Origin: an uncultured virus (IMG/VR IMGVR_UViG_3300001528_000811)
Lineage: Duplodnaviria > Heunggongvirae > Uroviricota > Caudoviricetes
Direction: 5' to 3' (one strand)
Length of the DNA stretch: 64,000 nucleotides
Virus record (IMG/VR): IMGVR_UViG_3300001528_000811
Positions 1 to 9,607 of the stretch are shown piece by piece. A program made the position numbers and the translations under genes. A model generated the notes under the pieces. It saw nothing but the letters and a program-made list of their open reading frames with translations. It was not told the origin of the DNA and did not search any database. How positions within the stretch are numbered: the stretch's first letter is position 1; each line of letters starts with the position of its first letter.

Positions 1-40
1 ATCTCAAAATTTAAATTTTGAGATTAGGTTTTAGTGTTTT
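1..40 (+). terminator. Perfect 24-bp palindrome followed by T-rich tract; probable terminator of an upstream gene
   Basis: ATCTCAAAATTT/AAATTTTGAGAT at 1-24 is self-complementary, followed by TAGGTTTTAGTGTTTT. Confidence 0.4.
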
Positions 41-173
41 TAATATTTAATATTTTATTATGGTGGTTTATAATGATATTTAAATTAAATACTCAATATT
101 TAATATTTTATAAAGATGAATATTAAAGTTAAATATTTTATATTTTATTATATAATTAGAGAGGTGTATAATT

Positions 174-728
174 TTGAGTTTATGGTTAAACGAACCTGCA
201 GTCATGACAAGGACCTCTGATATAATGCCCTGTGGTTTTTATAAATCAGAGATTTGTGCAATGAATTCAATTCGTATATATAAAGAACGATATGAAGAAG
301 ATTATTTAGATTTTTATGAATTACCTCCAGAGAATTTAAATAATCATTATTACAATTATATTTGTTTAGAAAAAACAAGAGGCAATATTGAAGATATTAA
401 AAATTTAAATTATATAGGTATATTAGGTAAAGAATATCCTCATTTATTTAATGAGGATAGAGAAGGGGTACAAGAGTTTTATTTTTATTCGCCTTTATTT
501 AAATTTAAATTTGAGGAAAAAAATATAAGATATATAAAATTAAATAGAAAAATATTAAAAACAGATTTAATAATACATGAAACAGAAAAAGATAAATATT
601 TTTTTGAATATTTTGATATAATAACATTATTAAAAAAAAATACGAATTTAATCTGTTTTTCTAAAGAGTATTTTAAAAATAAATTTAATGTTATAAATTC
701 TTATTTAATATTTTCAAAAAATGCTTAA
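174..728 (+). CDS. Hypothetical protein
   Basis: 184-aa ORF, TTG start after GAGGTG SD; overlaps next start. Confidence 0.6.
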   Translation: MSLWLNEPAVMTRTSDIMPCGFYKSEICAMNSIRIYKERYEEDYLDFYELPPENLNNHYYNYICLEKTRGNIEDIKNLNYIGILGKEYPHLFNEDREGVQEFYFYSPLFKFKFEEKNIRYIKLNRKILKTDLIIHETEKDKYFFEYFDIITLLKKNTNLICFSKEYFKNKFNVINSYLIFSKNA

Positions 729-1602
729 ATATTTAGGAGTACAAAAGATGAATTATGATTATATAATAAATAAATTGAAAGAAAGAGGATATTATTATTT
801 AATATTTAATGATAAAATTTCTTTTAATATTAATATATTTTCTATATCAAGGGTTTATAAAAACACAATATTGTTATGTTATAATAATAAAAGAGAACGC
901 TGTACAGATTATAATGCAGCTTGTAAAAAATTAATATTATTAATAAAAAATTATATCAAACAAAAATCAGTAAATATTAAATTTGAACAATTAAATTTTA
1001 ATGATGAAATTTATTTAAATTTACAAAATATTGAAGTTTCTACAGATGCCACAAAAATAGTATTACAATCTTATTTTTTTGAAGCACATTATAATAAACT
1101 TCATATTTTATCCGTCAATCATTATTCAAGTTTAAATATAATATTTAATAATGAGTTTAATTCTATTAACTCAGAAATTCTATCAAAAATAAAATTTCTT
1201 GTAAGAAATAAACATAAAACTCTAAGAACAGTTACAGAATATATTTATAATTTTTATAATAAAGACTATTGTATAAATACATATACAAAAGATATCATTT
1301 ATTCAGATAATGAAATAATTCCTTATGGGATAGAATTAATAGATGAAGAAAATTCTATATATACATTATTTTCTATTTTGAATTCGTATATTAAATGTGA
1401 GTTATTAAAAAAGCTGACTAAAGAAGATTTGTCAAATTGTGATAATTTATATATACATAGATTTCTAAATAATTATTCTTTAGGTTCAATTAAAGATGAT
1501 TTATTTACGAAATTTAATATTAATAATAATCATCTTATACAATTACAAACATTATTTTTAACAACAATGCCTAAAGATTTACAAACAAGAAAGGAGATTT
1601 AA
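721..1602 (+). CDS. Hypothetical protein
   Basis: 293-aa ORF coupled to neighbours; true start may be the downstream Met (748) after AGGAG. Confidence 0.7.
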   Translation: MLKYLGVQKMNYDYIINKLKERGYYYLIFNDKISFNINIFSISRVYKNTILLCYNNKRERCTDYNAACKKLILLIKNYIKQKSVNIKFEQLNFNDEIYLNLQNIEVSTDATKIVLQSYFFEAHYNKLHILSVNHYSSLNIIFNNEFNSINSEILSKIKFLVRNKHKTLRTVTEYIYNFYNKDYCINTYTKDIIYSDNEIIPYGIELIDEENSIYTLFSILNSYIKCELLKKLTKEDLSNCDNLYIHRFLNNYSLGSIKDDLFTKFNINNNHLIQLQTLFLTTMPKDLQTRKEI

Positions 1603-1604
1603 TA

Positions 1605-3323
1605 TTGGAAGAAACAACAGATATTTTTAATAAAAAGAAGTCTTTAGAATTATTAGACATATTTAAAATAAATAATATAAAAATAAATAATTTAAATTTA
1701 AATTATAATTTAACATTTAAAAATACAAAGTTTAATAAAAATATATTAGTAAATAAGTACAATCATTTATTTTCATCTCAAGAAGAAAAGAAATATTTTT
1801 TAATCGATATTTACAATATAAATAAACAAGAACCTTATTTGGGTTTATGGAATTTATTGGAAAAAGGAGAAGATGGTTATAAAGATGTATGTTGGGAATT
1901 AGTTTCTTTAAGTAAAAATTTAACTAATATTTTCATAAACACTTTTAGTTCTTTTTTAAATTGGAAATATATATTAGAAAATTATAATATTCCAACAATT
2001 ATTTTACAAGAATGTTTACCTCTATTATCTAAAGAAGAATTAGATATTTTAAGTTGTAAGCCTTATCTATCATTAGAGTTTATTGAAAAAAACATAAATC
2101 ATTTAAATAAAGATTTAATAATAAAATATAATGATAATATAGATATAAATTTATTTATAAAAGATAGAAAAGATTTAGGTTTAGGTATAGAAAATGCATC
2201 AATGAAATTTAAGATGTCACACCAGTATTTTTGGAAGTGTGAAAATGAAATAAATTGGAGTAAAGTAAAATATTTTGAAAATGTCCCTGTAGATTTAATT
2301 GATAAACATTTAGAAGAAATAGATATCAATGAATTAATAAACTGTTTTGAATTACCGACTTCTGTATTATTAGAATTTAGAAATGAAATAGATTGGAATA
2401 AATATATTATGAAATATGATATTAATTCTTTAATTTTATCTCAAGTTTATAATCAGTTACCTCCAAATTTATTATTAAAATCTTGTTGTAATGATATTAA
2501 TATAATAATCAAGTATTTCTATAATATAGATTTAAGTAGATACCCAGATTGGAGTTTAGCAACAGTAAATTTGACAGATTATTTTAACTACTCTAACAAT
2601 CTTAATAATTTAAATTATTTTAAATATTCTTTAGAACATATTCAGTATCTACAGGTTTTAAATTTATTGAATAGTAATATATTAAATATTAATATTTTAA
2701 ATAATATAAACAGTTTTGAAGGAAGGGAATTTTTCTTACAAAATATAAATAATATAATAAATAAATCAGAATTTAATAATAAATTAAGTTTAACTGAGCA
2801 GGATATCAATTTATATAAAGAGTATAATTTACCTTTAAAAGATTTAGATATTTTAAATTCTTCATCTTCTTGGGAAACACGATTATCAATAGAAAATAAA
2901 AAATTATTATTTTACGATTTAGAAAGGTATTTATTAGAAGATGAAATAAATTTATTGGAGTATTTTAACAGTAAAGTTGAATATGAATATTTTAGTGATG
3001 TAATACAAACAATTAAACATAAAGAAATATCTAAATCTGATTTCTTTTATTTATTGGATAAAATACCAAATAGAAATATCCTATTGGTATTATTTAATAT
3101 TTGTAAATTAAATTTAGATACTATATTTGCAATAATAGGAGAATTAAATGGTAAAGAAATAGAAGATAAATTAATTTTAATAAAAGATTTATATTTATCT
3201 TTAAAAAATAATATACATATTGATATAGAAGTAAAATCGTTATTATTTGATAATATTGATTTTAGTAAAAATATAGATTTATTAATAAAATTATCTGTTA
3301 ATTATATAGGAGCTTTTAATTAA
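1605..3323 (+). CDS. Helical repeat protein with ~23-aa tryptophan-repeat-like units
   Basis: Recurring units such as LNWKYILENYNIP, LSLEFIEKNINHLNK, INWSKVKYFENVP, EFRNEIDWNKYI; AAGGAG SD; N-terminal TTDIFN. Confidence 0.6.
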   Translation: MEETTDIFNKKKSLELLDIFKINNIKINNLNLNYNLTFKNTKFNKNILVNKYNHLFSSQEEKKYFLIDIYNINKQEPYLGLWNLLEKGEDGYKDVCWELVSLSKNLTNIFINTFSSFLNWKYILENYNIPTIILQECLPLLSKEELDILSCKPYLSLEFIEKNINHLNKDLIIKYNDNIDINLFIKDRKDLGLGIENASMKFKMSHQYFWKCENEINWSKVKYFENVPVDLIDKHLEEIDINELINCFELPTSVLLEFRNEIDWNKYIMKYDINSLILSQVYNQLPPNLLLKSCCNDINIIIKYFYNIDLSRYPDWSLATVNLTDYFNYSNNLNNLNYFKYSLEHIQYLQVLNLLNSNILNINILNNINSFEGREFFLQNINNIINKSEFNNKLSLTEQDINLYKEYNLPLKDLDILNSSSSWETRLSIENKKLLFYDLERYLLEDEINLLEYFNSKVEYEYFSDVIQTIKHKEISKSDFFYLLDKIPNRNILLVLFNICKLNLDTIFAIIGELNGKEIEDKLILIKDLYLSLKNNIHIDIEVKSLLFDNIDFSKNIDLLIKLSVNYIGAFN

Positions 3324-3359
3324 ATAAATTTAATTATTCAAAGGAGAAAGTATATATTT

Positions 3360-3438
3360 AATATTTACATTAATTAAATAAATGCAAAGAATATCAATAA
3401 ACATATGATGTCTTATCTTTGTGTTTAATGTAAATATT
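3360..3438. other. Long imperfect intergenic hairpin
   Basis: AATATTTACATTAA (3360-3373) pairs perfectly with TTAATGTAAATATT (3425-3438); inner ATGCAAAGA/TCTTTGTGT pairs using G-U. Confidence 0.55.
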
Positions 3439-3526
3439 TTTAGTAGAAAAAAAACTACTTAAACATTTTATGTTTTTAATAAATAATATTATAATGAAAA
3501 TATATAAATCAAGGAGATGACACTAT

Positions 3527-4372
3527 ATGAATGAAACTTATTTATTTGATAAACAAGAAAATTTAATTAATTCTATAAAAAATGATATTTTGGAAACATT
3601 AAAAGAAAATAATATTTTTGTTATAAGTACTAATACTAAAATTCTTAAGGATGAAAACGTACATATTCATATTTGTTATTTTTGCTATTATGTTAATGAG
3701 AAGTTATATATTTATCAGAAGAAACCAGGATTTACTATTATATATGATTTAAGCCTTTTAGATGAAGCTTTAAAAACATTAATTGATATTAATAAAGTAG
3801 TAAGTTATGAAATTTATAAAGATGTTGATAATTCAAAAATTGATTTAAGTCATAGATTTATACAATTGACTAAATACAATTTTGATAATTTAGAAAAAGA
3901 TATTTTAGATATAAAAGATAAATATGTATTACATATCTTTAATACTTTAATAAATAATAATAAATTGTTAACTTTAGATAATACAAAAGATAATAATTTT
4001 AAATATGAAATCATTAATAATGAATTATATTTAACAACTGAAAATAATAAAACTAAAATAACTCAAAAATATAAATTAATAACAACTGACTTATTATTTG
4101 ATTTAAGGCTAAATTTCAATTCATATGTATATAAAGTATTTCTTATAGCATTAAGATTTTCAGAAGATTTAAAAAATAAACATGTAAATAATTATCTTTT
4201 AAAATGTATTAAAGACCCTTATACAGCTGGTTCAATATTTGGATTTAGTCAATATAATCTAGCTAATTACCTTAATGATTTAAAAAATGATTATGTGAAG
4301 GATAATCCTAATGTTTATAAAATTTTTAGAAAATCAGTAAAATTTACTAAAGATAATAAAACAGATAAATGA
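3527..4372 (+). CDS. Hypothetical protein
   Basis: 281-aa ORF with AAGGAG SD. Confidence 0.75.
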   Translation: MNETYLFDKQENLINSIKNDILETLKENNIFVISTNTKILKDENVHIHICYFCYYVNEKLYIYQKKPGFTIIYDLSLLDEALKTLIDINKVVSYEIYKDVDNSKIDLSHRFIQLTKYNFDNLEKDILDIKDKYVLHIFNTLINNNKLLTLDNTKDNNFKYEIINNELYLTTENNKTKITQKYKLITTDLLFDLRLNFNSYVYKVFLIALRFSEDLKNKHVNNYLLKCIKDPYTAGSIFGFSQYNLANYLNDLKNDYVKDNPNVYKIFRKSVKFTKDNKTDK

Positions 4373-4487
4373 TTTTTAAAAAATGGATATATTTATAAAC
4401 ACATTATAAAATCTCTATATGAAAGTGAGGGATGCTTATGATTGTTCATTTAATAAAAATACGAAATAAACCACCACCTTAATAATA

Positions 4488-4572
4488 CCCTAGTCATAAA
4501 AAAATAAATTTTATTTGCTAGGGAAATTAAGTGTAATTTAACCTCTTCCCTAAGCAAGTAGAAGGAGGTTAA
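4488..4572 (+). promoter_or_regulatory. Structured 5' leader with SD-occluding hairpin
   Basis: TTAACCTCTTC (4538-4548) pairs with GAAGGAGGTTAA (4561-4572, the SD) with one bulge; upstream CCCTAG...CTAGGG stem (4488-4523). Confidence 0.5.
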
Positions 4573-4578
4573 TAAAAA

Positions 4579-7500
4579 ATGAAAATGAAAAATTTGGAAT
4601 TTATTTTTAATAAGTTTTTACACTATATGTTAATAAGTTCTATATTTTTAAGTAATATAATATATAGTCCAAGTGTAGTAGAAGCAAGAACTAGTGTTAG
4701 TATTCCTACAGGAGTATGGCGTGATTATTATACAGATGAATGTCATCAACCTATATATTTATCTAAAGGCGATGATAAAAAAGAACATTTTTTCATGGAT
4801 ACAATTACATTTTGTCTTGCAAGTATAATTGGTTCAAATACTTGCGATTATTGTGAGGAAACATATTTTGATTATAAATGTACTTACATGTATGCAAAAA
4901 ATAAAATTGAAAAAATGCAGTATATAACTATAAAGAACTGTTCTAAAGAACAGTTAAAATGGGTAGGAAATGAATTATACGACCAAAGAAATATTTTAGT
5001 AGCTACTTTGAGAAATAGCTCATTTGAAAGAGCAAATTTTACATCTTATAGTCATCAAAATCCAAGTGAAGATAATAAATGTTGTTCAGAAGGACAAAAT
5101 CATGATGTTTATAATCACAGTGATTTATCTTTAGATTTTACAAGAGTGGCTTTTTCTTTTGATAGATTAAGTTTTAATATAGGATTTATTTATGAAGGTA
5201 CTTATAATTATTTAGAAGTATCTGATGACTATAAGGACTGTATAGAGTATAAAACTATTAATAGAGATGATTATAAAGTTTTTATACAACCTGAAACTTT
5301 AACTATTCAAGAGGAAGATTGTACAGTGTACTATGGTGACCAGATGCAATTAACAGTAGAAATGAAACCTGAAAATATAAATGCAGGTACTTATATAAAT
5401 TGGTCAAGTTCTAATGATAATGTAGCTTCTATAACTTCCACAGGTCTTGTATCTTTTTTAAACACTGGTGTGGCAACGATAATAGCCACTACAGATAATG
5501 AGATAAAAGATACAATTAAATTTATAGTAGTTCAACCTGATAGCGGTTCTGATGCGACAAATGTTGAAGAAATACAATTTCCTCAACCAAACTATTATGG
5601 ACAAGTTGGTTCACAAATTCAAATAACTCCAACTATATATCCAGAGAATGCAACAAATAAAAAAGTATATTGGTCATCATCTAATGAAGATGTTGCAACA
5701 GTAAATGAGTTCGGAATAGTTACAGCTTTAAAAGCTGGTTTAACAAATATAACAGCAGTATCTGATGATGGACAATATTCTGATGAATATAAATTAGAAG
5801 TTAAGAATAGAGTAGAAAATATTAATATAATAAATAAAGTTAATGAACTTAATTCTGGAGAAACTTATAAATTAGAAGTTAATCTTTATCCAGATAATGT
5901 AAAAGATAATACTTTAACTTATAATTCTTCTAATCCTGAAATTGCAACTATTTCAGATGAAGGTTTAATAACAACTTTAAAAAGAGGCGAAACTTTAATA
6001 TCCGTAATTAGTAATTGCAATTTAAATATAGAGGATGAATTCAATTTAACAGTAAATCAATTAGCAACTACTATAAATGTGGAAAAAGACTTAACTTTAA
6101 TAAAAGGAGAAATGTATAAGTTAAATCCTAAAGTATTACCTGAAGATGCAAATGTAAAAGATTTAATATTTGTATCAAGTAATCCAGAAATAGCAAAGGT
6201 TTCTAATGAAGGCTTAATAGAAGCAATATCTAAAGGAGAAACAACTTTAACAGTAACCACAAAGGATAATTTAATATATGAAATAATAAACATAAAAATT
6301 ATAATTTTACCAGAAAATTTAATAATAGAAGCACCAACAAAAATAGACAAAACTTATAATAAAACATATAAGCTAGGATTAAAATTTGAACCTGAATTAT
6401 GTGAAGAAGATACAATAAAATGGTCTTCATCAAACAATAACATAGCAACTATATCTAATGACGGTTTACTAACAATACTGAATAACGGTTTAGTTACTAT
6501 AACTGCAGTATCAGAAAAATATGATTTATATAATAAAGCAACAATAGAAATTTATACTTCAGCGGAAGGATTTGAAATAGATAGACCTGAGAAAATGTAT
6601 GATGATATGGAATATGATTGGACTTTAAATTTAATTCCAAAAACAACTTCAGAAGATACATTATATATTTTAATAATAAATAATGAAAAATATAATTTAA
6701 ACAAAAATACATTTAATATACATTTTGATAGAAAAGAAGCAGGGATTTATAATTTTAATGCAACTTTATTTACACAAGATTTAGCACCATTAGAAACAAT
6801 ATCTTTTGAGTATGAAATTCTTTCAAGAAAAAAAGAAACTAATATAGAAATATCCAATATAAAGCTTTCGGAAGATTTAATTTCTGACGAAAACGTATCT
6901 TTAATAAAAGAAGGTAACAATATAACAATAGCAATTCCTTCTGATAAAAATTTTAATATTGATGATTTAGAATTTGATATTCCTAAAGGAGCAAAGAAAA
7001 AAGTAATAAAAATAGATGATAATAATTATAAAATAATAATTATATCTAAAGATAATTCAACAGAACAGGAAATACTCATTAATGTGGCACACAAGAAATC
7101 TGATGATATTAATTTAATATCTGTTGTAATAGCTGGTATATCTGCAACATTATTTAATGATAATATTTCAGCAATATTACCTATAGATTATAAATTGCAA
7201 ACATCTGATTTCGAAATAATTTTAAGCGATAAAAAAGCTAATTATTTGATAACAGATGATTTTAAATATTTAATAGTAACAGCAGAAAGTGGTATAACAA
7301 AAACATATAATTTAAATTTAATAATACCTAAAGGAGATGCAAGGATAAAAACAATACAAGTTGGAGATAATTTTGCAATATTTAATGGAGAAAGTTATTA
7401 TATAAATTCTGAATATACAGAGGATATAAAAATAATAACAGTAGACCCAAATGCAAAAATAACTTTAACTTTAACAACTTCAGAACTAAATTATTTAATT

Positions 7501-8520
7501 TATGAATTTAAAATTGAATCTGGCCATGAAGTAAATACAGGTATTTTAAAGATAAAATTAAAAGGAGACAATCCTAACTATATTCCAATAGAGGATGAAA
7601 CTGATAACGAAGTAACTGATAATAAAAATAATGAAAAAGATATAATATCAGGAAGTTCATCTTCAAATAACAATTCTTCAAATAATAATTCTTCAAACAA
7701 AGATTTAATAATAGATAATATAAATAATATCAATACTAAAGAAAGTAACAATTTAGATTATATTTTAGTAAGTAAAGAAGATAAGAATAAATTAATGTCT
7801 ACAGCAGAAGATAATAAAGATTTAATAGTTAAAGATGATAAAATAGTTACAAGTAAGGATAATAAAGAAATAATAACTATCGAAGATTTTTTAACAAAAA
7901 ATATCAGGAAAAATGTATCAGATGATACTTTAATATCTTCAAGTAATAAATATACAGTAAAAGAAAATGATGACGGAACTTTAGATTTAATATTACCGGC
8001 GGAAGCACCTAGCAATGCACTTTCATCAGAAAATATATTTTATGATGAAGAAGTTAATAAATACTATCTATACATAGAAAATTTAGGTTTAATAGAATTA
8101 AACCCTCAAATGGTTTCAACAATGGTTATATCTGCTGAAAATAATATAGGGTATTTGGATAATAAGAAAATTTATATAAAAGATAAAGTTGAAATTATAG
8201 ATGATGAGTATTATTTACCAATGAGGCAGATACTTGAATATCTTGGAGCAGAAGTAGATTGGACACAAGATGAATTTAAGGCATCATTCAGATTAGATAA
8301 TAAATTAATAAATATTTATACAAATAATTTAACATCAGAGTATAAAGTAATAAATGAAAGAATATATACAACTTTAGATGAATTAATAAGTAGTTTCGAT
8401 TTAATATCTGATACAATAAGCAAGGATACAGAAAATAAATCTATAGAGATATTGAAAGATATCACATCAACAGTGTCAAATATTAAATTAGCTACAACTA
8501 TGAAATACACTTTAAATTAA
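4579..8520 (+). CDS. Secreted/surface protein: signal peptide, Cys-rich N-domain, ~5 Ig-like Big_2 repeats, beta-sandwich repeats, C-terminal copper-amine-oxidase-N-like domain
   Basis: Hydrophobic N-terminus ending VEA; repeats WSSSNDNVASI, WSSSNEDVATV, YNSSNPEIATI, FVSSNPEIAKV, WSSSNNNIATI; VTAESGITKTY; S/N linker; YLPMRQILEYLGAEVDW. Confidence 0.85.
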   Translation: MKMKNLEFIFNKFLHYMLISSIFLSNIIYSPSVVEARTSVSIPTGVWRDYYTDECHQPIYLSKGDDKKEHFFMDTITFCLASIIGSNTCDYCEETYFDYKCTYMYAKNKIEKMQYITIKNCSKEQLKWVGNELYDQRNILVATLRNSSFERANFTSYSHQNPSEDNKCCSEGQNHDVYNHSDLSLDFTRVAFSFDRLSFNIGFIYEGTYNYLEVSDDYKDCIEYKTINRDDYKVFIQPETLTIQEEDCTVYYGDQMQLTVEMKPENINAGTYINWSSSNDNVASITSTGLVSFLNTGVATIIATTDNEIKDTIKFIVVQPDSGSDATNVEEIQFPQPNYYGQVGSQIQITPTIYPENATNKKVYWSSSNEDVATVNEFGIVTALKAGLTNITAVSDDGQYSDEYKLEVKNRVENINIINKVNELNSGETYKLEVNLYPDNVKDNTLTYNSSNPEIATISDEGLITTLKRGETLISVISNCNLNIEDEFNLTVNQLATTINVEKDLTLIKGEMYKLNPKVLPEDANVKDLIFVSSNPEIAKVSNEGLIEAISKGETTLTVTTKDNLIYEIINIKIIILPENLIIEAPTKIDKTYNKTYKLGLKFEPELCEEDTIKWSSSNNNIATISNDGLLTILNNGLVTITAVSEKYDLYNKATIEIYTSAEGFEIDRPEKMYDDMEYDWTLNLIPKTTSEDTLYILIINNEKYNLNKNTFNIHFDRKEAGIYNFNATLFTQDLAPLETISFEYEILSRKKETNIEISNIKLSEDLISDENVSLIKEGNNITIAIPSDKNFNIDDLEFDIPKGAKKKVIKIDDNNYKIIIISKDNSTEQEILINVAHKKSDDINLISVVIAGISATLFNDNISAILPIDYKLQTSDFEIILSDKKANYLITDDFKYLIVTAESGITKTYNLNLIIPKGDARIKTIQVGDNFAIFNGESYYINSEYTEDIKIITVDPNAKITLTLTTSELNYLIYEFKIESGHEVNTGILKIKLKGDNPNYIPIEDETDNEVTDNKNNEKDIISGSSSSNNNSSNNNSSNKDLIIDNINNINTKESNNLDYILVSKEDKNKLMSTAEDNKDLIVKDDKIVTSKDNKEIITIEDFLTKNIRKNVSDDTLISSSNKYTVKENDDGTLDLILPAEAPSNALSSENIFYDEEVNKYYLYIENLGLIELNPQMVSTMVISAENNIGYLDNKKIYIKDKVEIIDDEYYLPMRQILEYLGAEVDWTQDEFKASFRLDNKLINIYTNNLTSEYKVINERIYTTLDELISSFDLISDTISKDTENKSIEILKDITSTVSNIKLATTMKYTLN

Positions 8521-8810
8521 TACAATTTAATTTTAACCATTTTAATTTTAATCAATTTAATTTCTATACAATTTAATTTTAACCATTTTAATTTTAATCA
8601 ATTTAATTTCTATACAATTTGATTTTAATACAATTTTAATTTTAATAAATTTTAATTTAACTAATTTGATTTTCACACAATTTAATTTTAACAAATTTTA
8701 ATTTAACTAATTTGATTTTCATACAATTTTAATTTAACAATTTTAATTTAACAATTTAATTTTAACAAATTTTAATTTTAACAAATTTTAATTTTCATAC
8801 AATTTTTAAC
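8521..8810. repeat. Degenerate 14-17-bp tandem repeat (consensus ~CAATTTAATTTTAA, about 18 units) with a 46-bp higher-order duplication
   Basis: TACAATTTAATTTTAACCATTTTAATTTTAATCAATTTAATTTCTA occurs exactly at 8521-8566 and 8567-8612; + strand almost devoid of G. Confidence 0.9.
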
Positions 8811-8828
8811 ACATTCAAATAATAAGAT

Positions 8829-9101
8829 AATAAATAAAAAAAATGATAATGTGCAATGAGCCTTATTATATTTTTTATTTATTTAAATATAAAATAAAAA
8901 TAAATTTATTATACAGTGAGCATTTTAAATACTATTTTTATTTATATATTTATTATGTTTAAGAGCAGTGAGCCTAAATATAATTAATCTTAAACTCAGT
9001 TATGTTTTAATTATTTACAATGAGTTTTTAATTAAAACATAATATTATTAAAATTAAGAGGAAATATTTTGTACAATGAGTAAAAATATTTCCTCTTAAT
9101 T
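8829..9101. ncRNA. Array of five stem-loops sharing loop motif RCARTGAGY (putative structured RNA or ssDNA element)
   Basis: CARTGAG at 8854, 8914, 8966, 9018, 9074, each centred in an inverted repeat of different sequence; two stems are perfect (14 and 19 bp). Confidence 0.6.
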
Positions 9102-9160
9102 AATATTTATATTAAAAAATATTAAAAAGATTATTTAATATTTTTTAATATAAATATTAA
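9100..9160. repeat. Perfect 27-bp inverted repeat, 7-nt loop
   Basis: TTAATATTTATATTAAAAAATATTAAA (9100-9126) / reverse complement at 9134-9160. Confidence 0.9.
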
Positions 9161-9227
9161 TAAAATAAATATATAAACTATAATATTTAATATAATAATT
9201 ATATATAATTTTGAAAGGAGTGATATT

Positions 9228-9401
9228 ATGGAATGTGAACTTTGTAAGCAGGATATAGATACTGATTATGAAAGACATTTTTATTGTCCACATTGTGACT
9301 CATATTTTTGTGAAGAAGAGGAGAATGAGATATCTGTAAGTGGAGGACTTTGTCCAATATGCTATAAAGCCTATGTCGATGAAGTTGATTGTAATATTTA
9401 A
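9228..9401 (+). CDS. 57-aa Cys-rich RING-like zinc-finger protein (missing from ORF track)
   Basis: GAAAGGAG SD; MECELCKQDIDTDYERHFYCPHCDSYFCEEEENEISVSGGLCPICYKAYVDEVDCNI. Confidence 0.8.
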   Translation: MECELCKQDIDTDYERHFYCPHCDSYFCEEEENEISVSGGLCPICYKAYVDEVDCNI

Positions 9402-9442
9402 TATTTTACATTTTAATTATTTAATAAGGGAGTGTGTAAAAT

Positions 9443-9607
9443 ATGAAAATATTAAATTCAAAAACTAGTGAGATAAAAAATAAAATAATTGAAAAAATAT
9501 TGAAGAAAAGGTCAGAAGATTTGTATGATATAAAGACAGGACCTAGTTTAAACTTCTCATTAGAGCAAAATATTACTGGAGGATTTAATAATGGAAATAT
9601 TAGATAA
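9443..9607 (+). CDS. 54-aa hypothetical protein (missing from ORF track)
   Basis: AAGGGAG SD, MKILNSKTSEIKNKIIEKILKKRSEDLYDIK...; overlaps start of PilT-like gene. Confidence 0.5.
   Translation: MKILNSKTSEIKNKIIEKILKKRSEDLYDIKTGPSLNFSLEQNITGGFNNGNIR

Noticed and set aside
1..24. Hairpin telomere or protelomerase site
   Set aside because: Short palindrome at an arbitrary window edge, followed by a T-rich tract; terminator is simpler and upstream sequence is unavailable.
7651..7700. TCTTCAAATAAYAAT short repeats
   Set aside because: Simply encode the SSNNN linker of the surface protein.
8521..9160. CRISPR array
   Set aside because: No identical 25-40-bp repeats with unique spacers; the conserved part is only 9 nt and no cas gene is recognisable.
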